Shown here: one piece after another, positions 40,752 through 54,200 of the stretch
How the letters are laid out: every line of letters begins with the position of its first letter
Numbering within the stretch: the first letter of the stretch is position 1
Source of the DNA: an uncultured Verrucomicrobiae bacterium
GTDB lineage: Bacteria > Verrucomicrobiota > Verrucomicrobiia > Chthoniobacterales > UBA10450
Assembly (NCBI GenBank): GCA_963726745.1
Contig: CAVSDR010000003.1
Location: 576,001-640,000 of the forward strand
Direction: 5' to 3'
Length of the DNA: 64,000 nucleotides
Made by a program: the position numbers and the translations under genes
Notes under the pieces: generated by a model
The model's database searches: none
Seen by the model: the letters and a program-made list of their open reading frames with translations, nothing else
What the model was told of the DNA's origin: nothing

Positions 40752-41963
40752 TTAAGAGTAGAGATACTCGTCGTGATGCTCGCGCTGCGGGGCCGCGACA
40801 TGCGCTGCCTGCTCGCCGCCTGTTTCCGGATACTCGAAGATCTCGCCCTCGTAGTTACGGATGACGATTTTCTCCTGGTCGTGGTAGAGCACGTAGCCGG
40901 GATTGATCGGCACTTTGCCGCCGCCGCCGGGCGCATCGATCACGAACTGCGGGACGGCGTAACCAGTGGTGTGCCCGCGCAGGCCCTCGATGATCTCGAT
41001 GCCTTTCGCCACAGAGCTGCGCAAGTGCGCTGAGCCGGTGATGAGATCGCACTGGTAGATGTAATAGGGACGCACGCGACACATCAGGAGCTTGTGCACC
41101 AGCGTCTTCATCGTCTCCAAGTTGTCGTTTACCCCCGCGAGCAACACGCTCTGGTTTCCCAGCGGGATGCCATGGTTAGCCAGCAACTCGAGCGCCTGCT
41201 TGACCTCCAGGGTGAGCTCGCGCGGGTGGTTCACGTGCACGCTCATCCAGAGCGGATGGTATTTTTGCAGCATCCGGCAAAGCTCCGGCGTGATCCGCTG
41301 CGGGAGAAAAATCGGCACCCGCGTGCCGATGCGGATGAACTCAATGTGCGGGATCGCGCGCAGGCGGCGAAGGATGCCCTCGAGCTTGTTGTCGCTGAAG
41401 AGGAGCGCGTCCCCGCCGCTGAGGAGAACGTCGCGCACTTCCGTGTGCTCGCTCAAGTAGCGATAGATATCCTCGAACTCGGTGTGCAGTTCCTGTTCGC
41501 CCACCCCGCTGACCACGCGGCTCCGCGTGCAATAACGGCAATAGCTCGCGCAGCGATCGGTCACCAGGAAGAGCACGCGATCCGGATAACGATGCACCAA
41601 GCCCGGCACGGGCATGTGCGAATCCTCCCCGCACGGGTCGGCCATGTCGTAAGGCGAGGTCCAGCTTTCCTCCACCCGCGGGATGACCTGGCGGCGGATG
41701 GGGCAATCGGGATTATCCTTCTCGATCAGGTTGAAGAAATGCGGGGTCACCGCGAGCGCCAGCTTCGTCCCGGAGAGAAGCACGCCGTTTCGCTCATCGT
41801 CGGAGAGCTCCAGATGCTGCTCCAGTTGCGCGAGCGAAGTGACGCGATTTTTCAGCTGCCACTTCCAGTCATTCCACTGCTCCGCGGGGACCTCCGGCCA
41901 GTATCCCGGCGCGTGGGAAGTGAAGTTTTTTCCGTCGTTATTTACTGCGGCAAAGTTGCCCAT
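40752..41963 (-). CDS. kamA: KamA family radical SAM lysine 2,3-aminomutase
   Basis: HRYPDR, CASYCRYC, SGGD, NQSVLL, PYY, APGGGGKVP (PLP Lys). Confidence 0.9.
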   Translation of the reverse strand: MGNFAAVNNDGKNFTSHAPGYWPEVPAEQWNDWKWQLKNRVTSLAQLEQHLELSDDERNGVLLSGTKLALAVTPHFFNLIEKDNPDCPIRRQVIPRVEESWTSPYDMADPCGEDSHMPVPGLVHRYPDRVLFLVTDRCASYCRYCTRSRVVSGVGEQELHTEFEDIYRYLSEHTEVRDVLLSGGDALLFSDNKLEGILRRLRAIPHIEFIRIGTRVPIFLPQRITPELCRMLQKYHPLWMSVHVNHPRELTLEVKQALELLANHGIPLGNQSVLLAGVNDNLETMKTLVHKLLMCRVRPYYIYQCDLITGSAHLRSSVAKGIEIIEGLRGHTTGYAVPQFVIDAPGGGGKVPINPGYVLYHDQEKIVIRNYEGEIFEYPETGGEQAAHVAAPQREHHDEYLYS

Positions 41964-42184
41964 TTTTTGTTTAGTGGAAAAAAAGTTAAGGGCCTTAACT
42001 ATCGTGTCAACGCACGCACCTCATGGTGCGTTTCCGGTGCGAGCGCCGCGTCCGCCGGCCCGGTGGGGAGAAGGAAAAACATGCGCGCAGCAGGATTACG
42101 CGACCCCGCCCGCGCAGGATGCGCCCGGCCGCTATCAAAAAGCGTTTGAACGGCTACCTTGCCACCGTGTCGAATTTCAAACTG

Positions 42185-43655
42185 ATGCGCGTTTCTCTTC
42201 TCTCGGTCGTTTTTGCGCTTGGCCTGCAGGCCGCCCGGGCCCAGGTCGCACCGGAAGCGCCTGCACCCACGCCCACGGTGCCGCCAGAGGCGGCCGCACC
42301 CGGCAAGGACGTGGTCCATCAATTGAACAACGCCTTCGCGCGCGTCTTCGACCTGGTCGCGCCGAGCGTGGTCATCATCGAGGTGACCAAGAAGGAAGAC
42401 ACGAACGAGGGCGGCTCGCTCGAGGATCTTTTCTTCAACAACCAGCCGGATGAAGGCCCGCGCCGCAATCCTCACCGCGGCCAGCCATCACAAAGCGAAG
42501 GCTCCGGTTTCATCGTCCGGCCCGATGGCTTCATCTACACGAATTACCACGTGGTCGAAGGCGCGGATAAAATCGAGGTCAAGCTCAAGGACGGCCGCGA
42601 ATTTCCCGCGAAGCTCGTCGGGAGCGACGAGAAGACCGACGTCGCGGTGATCAAGATCGAGGCGAAAGATTTGTCCGCGGTCGAACTAGGCGATAGCGAC
42701 GCCGTGCGCGTGGGCCAGTTCGCTTTCGCCATCGGGGCGCCCTTCAAATTAGACTACACTTTCACCTACGGCGTGATCAGCGGGAAAGGGCGGAACAAAC
42801 TCATCGCCACCGGCGGTTACTCGATCGCCGATTACATCCAGACCGACGCCTCGATCAATCCCGGGCAACAGCGGCGGCCCACTCTGCGACATCGATGGCA
42901 AAGTCATCGGGATGAATACGCTCATCAACGGGCTCAACCGCGGCCTGGGCTTCGCCATCCCGAGCAACCTCGCGAACGAAATCGGCCAGCAGCTCATCTC
43001 CGGCCAAAAGATCATCCGCCCGTGGCTCGGCATTCGCATCGAAACTTTGGGCGACGACCCCTCGATCCGCGACCTCTTCAAGGGCGTCGACAAAGGCGTG
43101 GTGGTGCGCACGATCGAAGCCGACGCGCCCGCGTTCAAAAGCAACCTGCGGCCGTTCGACGTTATCACCGCCGTCGATGGCGCGCCGGTCGCGACAGACA
43201 CGCAGCTTCAGCGCGAGATCTTGAAAAAGAAGGTCGGGCAGAACGTCGACCTGATGGTCTGGCGCGAAGGCAAGACAATCAAAATCCCGGTGACCGCGGG
43301 GGAATTACCCGGCGAGATCGGCCGGGTCTCCAATGCCACCCCGCCGGGCCCGCGCACCCCGGAAGACATGGGCAAGTTTGGCCTGCAAGTGCAGGACTTG
43401 ACCAAGGAGGTGGCTGCGCGCCTCAAGCTCGATCTCCAGCAAGGCGTCATCGTCACCGATGTCTCCGATAACAGCATGGCCTCGGCCCAGGGAATCGAAC
43501 GCCAGGACGTCATCACCGAAGTCGACGGCAAGCCGGTCACGAACGTGCAGAGCTTCCGCGACGCCCTCGCCAAGGCCGACCCGCGGAAAGGCATCCTGCT
43601 TTACCTCGACCGCAAAGGCAGCAAGACCTTCGCGGTCCTCAAGGCCGGCGAATAG
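42185..43655 (+). CDS. DegP/HtrA serine protease with two PDZ domains; +1 frameshift at about 42863-42865, probably a sequencing error
   Basis: GSGF, TNYHVV, TDVAVIK, IQTDASINPG; removing one G restores NSGGPL and joins ORF 42912-43655 (PDZ domains). Confidence 0.85.
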
Positions 43656-43717
43656 CCGGCCAGCGGCGCGCCGCGCCTAACGAGAACAAGGTTTCGGCGC
43701 CCGCCATCTCGCTGGCT

Positions 43718-43755
43718 AAAAAAAATCGCGGCGCCGGTCGAAACCAGCGCCGCGA
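43718..43755 (-). terminator. Rho-independent terminator
   Basis: Hairpin TCGCGGCGC..GCGCCGCGA (43726-43755) with an A8 tract on the left, which is a U-tract on the minus strand; lies between convergent genes. Confidence 0.75.
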
Positions 43756-43778
43756 GGGATTTCAACGAGGCCAGCGGC

Positions 43779-44003
43779 CTAGGCTTTGCGTCCGCCCGCG
43801 AGCACCATCACGATGCCCCCGGCGATGCAGAGCCCGCCCACGATCGGGCCGACGGGAACCGGGTGGCTATTTTCCTTGTTGATCTCCAGCGGCCCGAGCT
43901 TGGCCACGTTTTCTTTCGTGGTGAAGCTGGTGTAGCCGCCGTAGGCCAGCAGGACGATGCCGACCGCGATAAGGATGATGCCAACGATGCCTGCAGGTTT
44001 CAT
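43779..44003 (-). CDS. Small membrane protein (DUF3185-like)
   Basis: TM helix, TTKENVAKLGPLEI, TM helix. Confidence 0.75.
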   Translation of the reverse strand: MKPAGIVGIILIAVGIVLLAYGGYTSFTTKENVAKLGPLEINKENSHPVPVGPIVGGLCIAGGIVMVLAGGRKA

Positions 44004-44021
44004 CTCAACGCGGGAGTCGAA

Positions 44022-44171
44022 CTACAAGGTCCGGCGACCCTGGATCAAATTGATGATCAGGATCACGACCGCGATCACGAGCAGAATGTGGATGAAGCCG
44101 CCGAGGGTATACGAACTAACGAGTCCGAGCAGCCAAAGCACGAGGAGGATAACGAAGATAGTCCAGAGCAT
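44022..44171 (-). CDS. lmo0937 family small membrane protein
   Basis: Hand translation: MLWTIFVILLVLWLLGLVSSYTLGGFIHILLVIAVVILIINLIQGRRTL (49 aa, below the ORF-track cutoff); AAAAGGAA upstream. Confidence 0.88.
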   Translation of the reverse strand: MLWTIFVILLVLWLLGLVSSYTLGGFIHILLVIAVVILIINLIQGRRTL

Positions 44172-44358
44172 ATTAGGTTCCTTTTGGTTGGTTTAACTGA
44201 TTCATCGTCTGCGGAGGCGGCGGTGCGCTTATGCGTCGCACACTTTGACTTTTTTCGGCTCCTCGACGCTGGGGCGAATTATGGAGTTTCCAAACAATTT
44301 CGCTAGCCGCGAGGCTGCAAAGCGCCTAGAACCATTCACGTTTTCCATCCCCAAATCT

Positions 44359-47023
<2,665 letters not shown>

Positions 47024-47026
47024 CGT

Positions 47027-48082
47027 TTACGGCGTCCGGTCGAGCCCGAGCGGCATGGTCAGCGGCGACGCGATCACCGGCGGCTGTTGCGCCGCAGGAT
47101 GGAATCCGGCCTCCACCGTGAAGGTCAGCTTCTCGTTCCCGCGCATGACCGTGATCGGCACTTTCTCCCCGGCGGTGATGAAGAACGACGCGTCGATCAC
47201 GTCTTCGGGCTGGTGCACTTTTTTGTCGCCTACCTGCAGGAGAACGTCGCCGGTTTGCGCGCCAGAATCCGCCGCCGGCGTACCTGGCATGATGTCGGTA
47301 AATTTTGCCCGTGAACCTTCCACTTCGTTCTCGGACTCGGCCACGTTGATCCCGACCCAGCCGTGACGCACCTCGCCGAAGCGGACGAAATCGCTCCGGA
47401 TTTTCTCCGCGGCATCGATCGGCAAGGCGTAACAGGCGGCGCCGTTATCCACGCTGCTCACAAGAATGCCGACGACTTCGCCCTTGAGATTCAAGAGCGG
47501 TGCGCCCGCCTCGCCCCGTTGCGTCGAGAGATTCACTCGCAGATGCGTGGTCGAAAAGTAGCGGCCGAGAAATTTTCGGTCGAGCCCGGCGATCATGCCG
47601 AAGCTGGGGGTCTTTGGCAGGTCGAGCGGAAAGCCGATGGTCATTACCGGTGTGGTCACCGCGAGATCGCCAGACTTGCCGATCGGCAGCGCCGGCGACG
47701 GCAGGTCGACCTTTAAAAGCGCGATGCCGCTGCGGCGATCGGCCATGACCATGCGCGCAGGCACTTCCTTGCCGTCCATCTCGACGGTAAAATCGTACGC
47801 GTCCGCGCCGACCGAGTAGGCCGTGAAGAGTGTGCCCGTGGGATCGATGAAGAAGCCGGTCCCGGCCAGCTTTCCGTGGTCGTCGAAGGCGCGGATCTTC
47901 ACCACCGCCTTCGCGGAACGCTCAAAAACCTCGCGGACCTCGCGACTGATGGCGCTGGCTGACTGCTCCTGCCCTAACGAGTGGTCGGGCAGGCCCAGGG
48001 CAACAAGCGCACTGATGGTGGCCGCGAGAAGCCACCGGCCAGGGCGAACGCCGCTGCTTTTAGAAGCGGAGCGCTGCCTCAT
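47027..48082 (-). CDS. HtrA/S1C-like trypsin-PDZ protein with a degenerate catalytic triad
   Basis: GTGFFID, FTAYSV, SGIALLKV, RGEAGAPLLNLKGEVVGI, PDZ domain. Confidence 0.82.
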   Translation of the reverse strand: MRQRSASKSSGVRPGRWLLAATISALVALGLPDHSLGQEQSASAISREVREVFERSAKAVVKIRAFDDHGKLAGTGFFIDPTGTLFTAYSVGADAYDFTVEMDGKEVPARMVMADRRSGIALLKVDLPSPALPIGKSGDLAVTTPVMTIGFPLDLPKTPSFGMIAGLDRKFLGRYFSTTHLRVNLSTQRGEAGAPLLNLKGEVVGILVSSVDNGAACYALPIDAAEKIRSDFVRFGEVRHGWVGINVAESENEVEGSRAKFTDIMPGTPAADSGAQTGDVLLQVGDKKVHQPEDVIDASFFITAGEKVPITVMRGNEKLTFTVEAGFHPAAQQPPVIASPLTMPLGLDRTP

Positions 48083-48584
48083 AGCTCACCGGAGTGCTAT
48101 CAAGGACGTAGCGCGGAGTAGCCGTGACCCGTCCCTGCATCTGCGCAGTGGGATAAGGCAGGCGGAAAGACTTGGCATCGAGCGCACGCGTGGTCACCGG
48201 GCGGGAGAGACTCCAGCCAGCGGGTTCATTCTCCACCGAAGCCACGGCGGAAACCGGCACCACGCTTTGTTCCAAGGTGGTGGACGTCCCGGCGATCGAA
48301 GGCGAAGTCTGCGGCGAGCGCGCCACATTCAAGGAAAGCACGGCCGCGCACACCAGGACAGCGGCCGCGGCCACGGGATAGGAAGTGAGCGACGGCAAAG
48401 TCGGTTGCAGGATGAACTCCTGCACGCGCTCCAATAGCACCCGCCAGGCGGGCTGGCGCAGGAGCTCGGCGCGCTGGCGCCGGTGAAACTCGCTCAAAAA
48501 ATCGTCGAAGTACCCGGGAGGCGGTTGCTCGTGCCGTTTAAAACGCAGCAGCTTTCCGATTTCGTTGTCGTCAAATTGATCCAT
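48060..48584 (-). CDS. Putative anti-sigma factor (single TM)
   Basis: Directly downstream of the ECF sigma; LLRFKRHEQPPPGYFDDFL N-domain, one TM helix, low-complexity tail. Confidence 0.6.
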   Translation of the reverse strand: MDQFDDNEIGKLLRFKRHEQPPPGYFDDFLSEFHRRQRAELLRQPAWRVLLERVQEFILQPTLPSLTSYPVAAAAVLVCAAVLSLNVARSPQTSPSIAGTSTTLEQSVVPVSAVASVENEPAGWSLSRPVTTRALDAKSFRLPYPTAQMQGRVTATPRYVLDSTPVSYEAALRF

Positions 48585-48595
48585 GCAGCAGTCGT

Positions 48596-49192
48596 TTACG
48601 AGACGGGGTTCTTCCGGAATTCCTCCAGATAATTTTGCAGTTGGCGGTTCGCGTAGAAGAGACGGGAACGTACGGTTCCTTCGGAGACACGCAAGATCTT
48701 GCTGATCTCTGCATGCGGCATTCCCTGAATGTGAAACATCGTAACCACGGCCCTGTGTTCATCAGACAGCTTCATCATCGCCTCGTTCAATCTAAGCTGC
48801 AGCTCCGAGAGATCGGCCTCGCGCACCGGGCTGCTCGATTGCGTCAGCTCGAGGAACTCCTTGTCGTTTTGCACGCTGGAGTCGACGTCATCGAGGCTCA
48901 GGTTGAAACGCCGCCCGCGTTTCTTGAGGAAATTCAGCGTCATGTTCACTGCGATCGAGTGGATCCAGGTGTAGAACGATGACTTCCCGCGGAAGCCGCG
49001 GATGGACTTGAAGGCTTTCGCAAAGACGTCCTGCAGGAGGTCGTTCGTGTCCTCGTGGTTCGAGGTCATGTTATAGACCAGGCCGTAGAGTCGCGGCGAG
49101 TATTTGACCACCAGATCGTCAAACGCAGCCACGTCGCCTTCCTGAGTTCGGGCGACGAGCTGTTGGTCCTCGTCCGGTCTGCGCTGCTCCAT
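48596..49192 (-). CDS. ECF RNA polymerase sigma factor (RpoE-like); start could lie upstream, up to 49306
   Basis: GDVAAFDDLV, DLLQDVF, FRGKSSFYTWIHSIAVN, EISKIL..SEGTVRSRL. Confidence 0.92.
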   Translation of the reverse strand: MEQRRPDEDQQLVARTQEGDVAAFDDLVVKYSPRLYGLVYNMTSNHEDTNDLLQDVFAKAFKSIRGFRGKSSFYTWIHSIAVNMTLNFLKKRGRRFNLSLDDVDSSVQNDKEFLELTQSSSPVREADLSELQLRLNEAMMKLSDEHRAVVTMFHIQGMPHAEISKILRVSEGTVRSRLFYANRQLQNYLEEFRKNPVS

Positions 49193-49309
49193 CGCGTGTT
49201 TTTTAGCCTTAACACGCGTGGGCAGGCCGGACGACAATAAATCGGAAATGCGCCGTGCCGGTGGCAAAGCGATCGCGAGGCCCATCTTGGAATCAGTCGG
49301 CGCCACTCG

Positions 49310-50008
49310 TTAACGCCGGTCGCGCACAGACAGGAGGTAAAGTAAATTTCCGAGCGTCGCCACGAACGCAGCCACGTAAGTGAGCGCGGCCGCATTCAGC
49401 ACCTTGTTCACGCCCGCTACTTCCTGGCCTGGCTGGACCATCCCCATCTGCGAAAGGATGATCTTCGCGCGCCGCGACGCGTCGAACTCCACCGGCAGGG
49501 TGATGAGCTGGAAGGCGAGCAGCACCATGTAGCAGTAGATGCCGAGCGTGATCAGCCCGGTGATGTGAAAGATGAAGCCGCCGAAAATCACAAACGGCAA
49601 CATGCGCGAGGCGATCGAGGTCACCGGCACGATCGCCATGCGCCACTTCAAGGGCGCGTAAGCTTTCGCATGCTGGATCGCGTGGCCGCTTTCATGCGCC
49701 GCAATCCCGAGCGCCGCGACCGATGGCGTGTTGTAAACGCCCGAGGAAAGGCAAAGCCGTTTGCTCGTCGGATCGTAATGGTCGCCGAGGTAATCGTTCG
49801 TCTCCACCACGTCGACATCGTGGATCTGCGCCGCGGTCAGAATCTCGCGCGCCGCTTCCGCGCCGGTGACGTTTGAGGACGCGCGCACTTCGCCCCATTT
49901 CTTGAAGGCGCTGCTCACGCGCCACTGCGCCCACAAGGCGATAATCAACGGGAGTCCGACGAGCAGAAGCCAGTTCGAACCAAATCCAAAACCGTAGGTA
50001 GGGTACAT
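49310..50008 (-). CDS. Neutral zinc metallopeptidase (YugP/Zn_peptidase_2)
   Basis: DHYDP, AAHESGHAIQ, LITLPVEFDASRRA, AAALTYVA. Confidence 0.92.
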   Translation of the reverse strand: MYPTYGFGFGSNWLLLVGLPLIIALWAQWRVSSAFKKWGEVRASSNVTGAEAAREILTAAQIHDVDVVETNDYLGDHYDPTSKRLCLSSGVYNTPSVAALGIAAHESGHAIQHAKAYAPLKWRMAIVPVTSIASRMLPFVIFGGFIFHITGLITLGIYCYMVLLAFQLITLPVEFDASRRAKIILSQMGMVQPGQEVAGVNKVLNAAALTYVAAFVATLGNLLYLLSVRDRR

Positions 50009-50095
50009 AGTTCTCTTTTAAGGGTACGCTTCTTAGACGCCGAACGATGCCGGGCGTTCATTAAGAACCTGCAATATACGCGGTGGAGGCGCTGG

Positions 50096-51232
50096 CTAAA
50101 TCTCCAGGCGCTTCTCGAACTTCGAGATCAAGCGATTCCCGTTTTCAGTCACCACGGCCACATCCTCGATCCGCACACCGCCCAGCCCCGGATAATACAA
50201 CCCCGGTTCCACCGTGATCACCTGCCCCGGCTTGAAGCTCGTTTTCTGAAAGCGCGGGATCTCGTGAATCTCCAGCCCGAGCCCATGCCCGGTGCCATGG
50301 AAAAAGCCCACTTGCTTGCCGTCGCGCACCTCCGTGGGGTAACCGCGATCGGTGAAGAGTTGCTTCACCTCCAGGTGCACCGCGAGGCCATCGGCGCCGG
50401 GCTTCATTTTCTTCAAAGCCAGCGCCTGCCCTTCGCGCACCGTTTCCCAGAGCTTTCGCTGTTCGTCGCTCGCGCTCCCGCGCACCACCGTGCGGGTCAT
50501 GTCGCCGTAGTAACCGCTCGCCGCGTCGCGCGGGAAGATGTCGAGAATGATCAACGAATCCGCGAGGAGCGGGCCAGAGCCGCGCTCGTGCGGATCGCAC
50601 GCCTGGTCGCCGCCGGCCACGATCGTGCCCGCGGGCAAGCCGCCCGCGCGCAAGACCGCGGAGTCAATTTCCGCGCGCAGAATCTCCGAAGTGAGCACGC
50701 GCCCGAACCAATCGAGCCGCTTGTTCCGCCGCGCCTTGCAGGCCGCGAGCACCTCGATCGCGCGCGCCATTCCCTGCTCCGTGATCGAAAGCGCGCGCCG
50801 CATCAGGCGCAATTCGTCGTCTGTTTTTGTTTCGCGCTCCGGGAAGAAGAGACCGCTGACGGTTTTCACGCGGATGCCCGCGCGCGCCAGCTCCTCGGCG
50901 TAGCCTAACGAGAAATTAGCCGGCACGATCGCGGACTTCACCCCGCGCTTCTGGAGGAAATGCGTGAGCACTTTCTCGTAGGCTGGGGCGCGCTTCGCCG
51001 ACCCCTGCACTTCGCGCTCGAACTCGCTGTAGGCAACAATCTCATCCGCCTGCGCCTGCTTCTTCCCGCGGTCGATCTCGAGATCGCTCAAGACCACCGT
51101 GCGCTTCCCGTTTTGCTCCAGAAAGATGAACGGATCCGGCACAAACATGCGCGTCGCGTAGAGCATGTCGGGATCGTGCTCGCTCGAAGCGACGATCAGG
51201 CGGGTGGGAGATTTCTCGGATTTCTTGCTCAC
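50096..51232 (-). CDS. Xaa-Pro aminopeptidase (M24 family)
   Basis: DIFP, GDMTRT, HGTGHGLGLEIHE, EPGLY, GVRIED. Confidence 0.92.
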   Translation of the reverse strand: MSKKSEKSPTRLIVASSEHDPDMLYATRMFVPDPFIFLEQNGKRTVVLSDLEIDRGKKQAQADEIVAYSEFEREVQGSAKRAPAYEKVLTHFLQKRGVKSAIVPANFSLGYAEELARAGIRVKTVSGLFFPERETKTDDELRLMRRALSITEQGMARAIEVLAACKARRNKRLDWFGRVLTSEILRAEIDSAVLRAGGLPAGTIVAGGDQACDPHERGSGPLLADSLIILDIFPRDAASGYYGDMTRTVVRGSASDEQRKLWETVREGQALALKKMKPGADGLAVHLEVKQLFTDRGYPTEVRDGKQVGFFHGTGHGLGLEIHEIPRFQKTSFKPGQVITVEPGLYYPGLGGVRIEDVAVVTENGNRLISKFEKRLEI

Positions 51233-51263
51233 GCGCTACGCTTAGCCGGGAAGCAATCGCTTG

Positions 51264-54200
51264 TCACCCCCGCCGCACTTCCAGCTGGCGGCGGAGGATC
51301 CAGAGGAGCAGGCCGAGGAGCGCAAGCGAGGAGGTGACCAGGACCATGGTGTTGAAGGTAAAGACGCTCACTTTCATCCCGAGGTAGCGTTTCTCCGCGC
51401 CGAAAAAGACGTTCGGCTTCCCGCCACGGCGGTAGTCGTTTTGCTCGATCTCGGCGTTCGAGATCAGGTCGGAAATCTTCTGGTTGATGTAGAGCTGCTC
51501 TGCGGTGATCTCGCCGCTGGCGTTCCGAAAATCGCTCCGCTGGAAAGGCCGTTTTCCGGCCACCACGCGATCGATCACGTCGAGGTAGCGGTCGACTTCT
51601 TTCGGCGTTTTCGCTTCGAGGCCGGAAAGGATCGCGAGGATTTCCTTCAGATCGTTCAAGCGCGCGGCGGTCTCCGGCGTCTTCGCCGCGGGCGCGAGGC
51701 GACGGATCTCGGCGTTTACTTTTTCCTGGCGCCGGGTGAGCGGATTCAGCTTCGCCTGCGCCACGATGATCTCCTCGTAGGACCAGCGCATGCCGATGAA
51801 CTGGCAGACGAACGGCACCTTGAGCTTGCTGTCCATTTTCTTGCTCTGCTCCTCGCTCGGATGCTCCGCGAACCAGCGGCTCATGGAATGGACGAAACCC
51901 AGGTTGCGATTCATGTCCTCGAATTTCAGGAGCGCCCCGCTCATCAAAATCTGCGGAATCAAGATCAACGGCACCACGTTGGCCGCGCTCTTGGCATTCG
52001 CGACTAACGAGGAGACGACCAGGCCAAGCGAGAGGCTGCTGATCGCGGTCAGGAACATGAGCCCGAGGTGAATCCAAAACATCCCGCGGACCTCGAGGAT
52101 CCAATTCCCGATGAGGACAAAGAGAGTGCACTGCACGAGCGCGAAGACCGCGAGCGAGGTGATCTTCGCGAGCACGTAATAGGGCAGGCGGATGTTGAGA
52201 TTCCGCTCGCGCTCCAGGACCGCGCGATCGGAAACGATGTCGTCCACGCTGTTGGTTAACGAGAGGAACATCGCCACCAGCAGCCCGAGAAATAGATACA
52301 TCGGGATGTGATAAGCGGAGGCGAAGTCGTAGGCGCCGCTGTCGGAATAGTGCAGGAGCGTGGCGATCAGGAGCGCGAGCAACGGCGCCGCGCCGATCGT
52401 GATCCGGAGGTTGCCGCGATTGCGCAGCTTGCTGATAAACGCGCGCTTCATCAGCGTGCGCAGTTGGGTCCACTCATCATGCCAGCGGATCTGCGTGCGG
52501 CGCTCTTTTTTAGGCGGCGCTTTCGGCAGCGGCACCGCCGGTTCGCGTCGCAGCGAGATCTGCTTCACGTCCTGGATCAGGCGGAAGGCCTCGTATTTAT
52601 CGCGCCAGAATTCCGGCGAGTAACGCCGCGCCGGGACGAGCTGCCCGCGGTTGTTCTCCTCGTAAATGACGTCGCCGCTGATGTCGCGCAGCGGCGTTTC
52701 GAGGACGTCGAAGATGAATTCCGGCCGCGTCGTCCCGCAGGACGGACACGCGCCCAGGTCGGCGCCGAATTGATGCTGATGCTCCGCTTCCGCGAAGTAG
52801 CGCAGCATGTCCGTGGGCGTGCCGAAGAAGACCAGGCGGCCGCCTTTGTCGAACAGGATCGCCTTGTGAAACATCTGGAAAAGTTTCGAGCTCGGCTGGT
52901 GGATCGTGACCACGATGATCTTGTTGTGCGCCATCCCGCGGATGATCTCGATCACGTGCTCGCTGTCCTTCGAGGAGAGGCCGCTGGTCGGCTCGTCGAA
53001 GAGGTAAACGTCGGCGTTGCCGATCATATCCAGGCCGATGTTGAGCCGCTTCCGCTCGCCGCCGCTGAGGGTTTTTTTCACCGGGCTGCCGACCACGCTG
53101 TCGCGCCGCTCGCTCAAGCCGAGCTCGACCAATTTGCTCTCTAATCGCCGCGTGCGATCGCGCCGCGAGAGATGCGGCGAGCGGATCGCGGCCGCGAACT
53201 GGAGGTTCTCGCCGATGGTCAGGTTCTCGTCGAAGGCGTCCTCCTGCGGAATGTAGGAGACGTAGCGCTTGAGATCGTCGAGGTGATCGTAGAGCGACTC
53301 GTCGTTGAGCAGCACCTTGCCGCTGGTCGCTTGCAACTGGCCACCGAGCACCTTTAGCAGCGTGCTCTTGCCCGAGCCGCTCGCGCCCATCACGCAAACG
53401 AGCTCGCCGCGATTGATCGCAAAGGAAATGCCCTCGAGCGCGATCTCGCCGTTGCCGAAACGGTGGTTCACATCCGTGACCTCGAGGCTGCGGATGATGT
53501 TCCGCTCCTCCTCGATGATTCGCTCGGAGAAATTGCACCGGAGGAACTGGCCGGTGTCGATCCGGATGGTCTCGCCATCCTTCAACGGCGCCGTCCCGCG
53601 CACGGCCACATCGCCGACCATGATCGGGCGGTCGGCTTCGATCACTTCCAGCGTGCCGACGCGTTCGTCGTAATCGCAGAGAATCTTCAGGAGGACATCG
53701 CCGCTGGTGCCCGGAGACAGCAGGATGTCGTCCTCCTCCAGCAGGCTGGGATTATTCGAGACGAGGTATTCCGACTTCGAGGCCTTGAGCTGGAAGCGGC
53801 CGCCCATGGCGCGCGCGCGCCGGCGGAGATCGATCAAGTCCATCTCGCTGTCGTTATGGAAAACGATCCGGTCATCGAGCGTGGCCTCGACCACCGTGCC
53901 CGACGAAAGGCGGACGCCATTGATCACCGCGTCGACATCGCGCAGCGCTTTCACGCGGACCTTCAAGCCGAAAGTGATCTCGAGAGAACTGTCGCGCGAT
54001 TTCGAGCGCTCGAGCTGCACCTCCTCGGCATCCTTCGGCACACGCACGTAGATCTGCGGGAGGGAGACGTTCTTCTTCGCGTTAAAATAGGCAGCAAGCT
54101 CTTGATACGTGAGCACGTGGTCGCCCACGAGGATGCGCTGTCCGGGATAGATCCGGCAAAAGCCCCCGCGCGGCAGCGGCCGACCGCGCACGGAGACCGA

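Noticed and set aside
40752..41963. EF-P modification enzyme EpmB
   Set aside because: No efp or epmA nearby, and the length and C-terminal extension fit KamA-type enzymes better.
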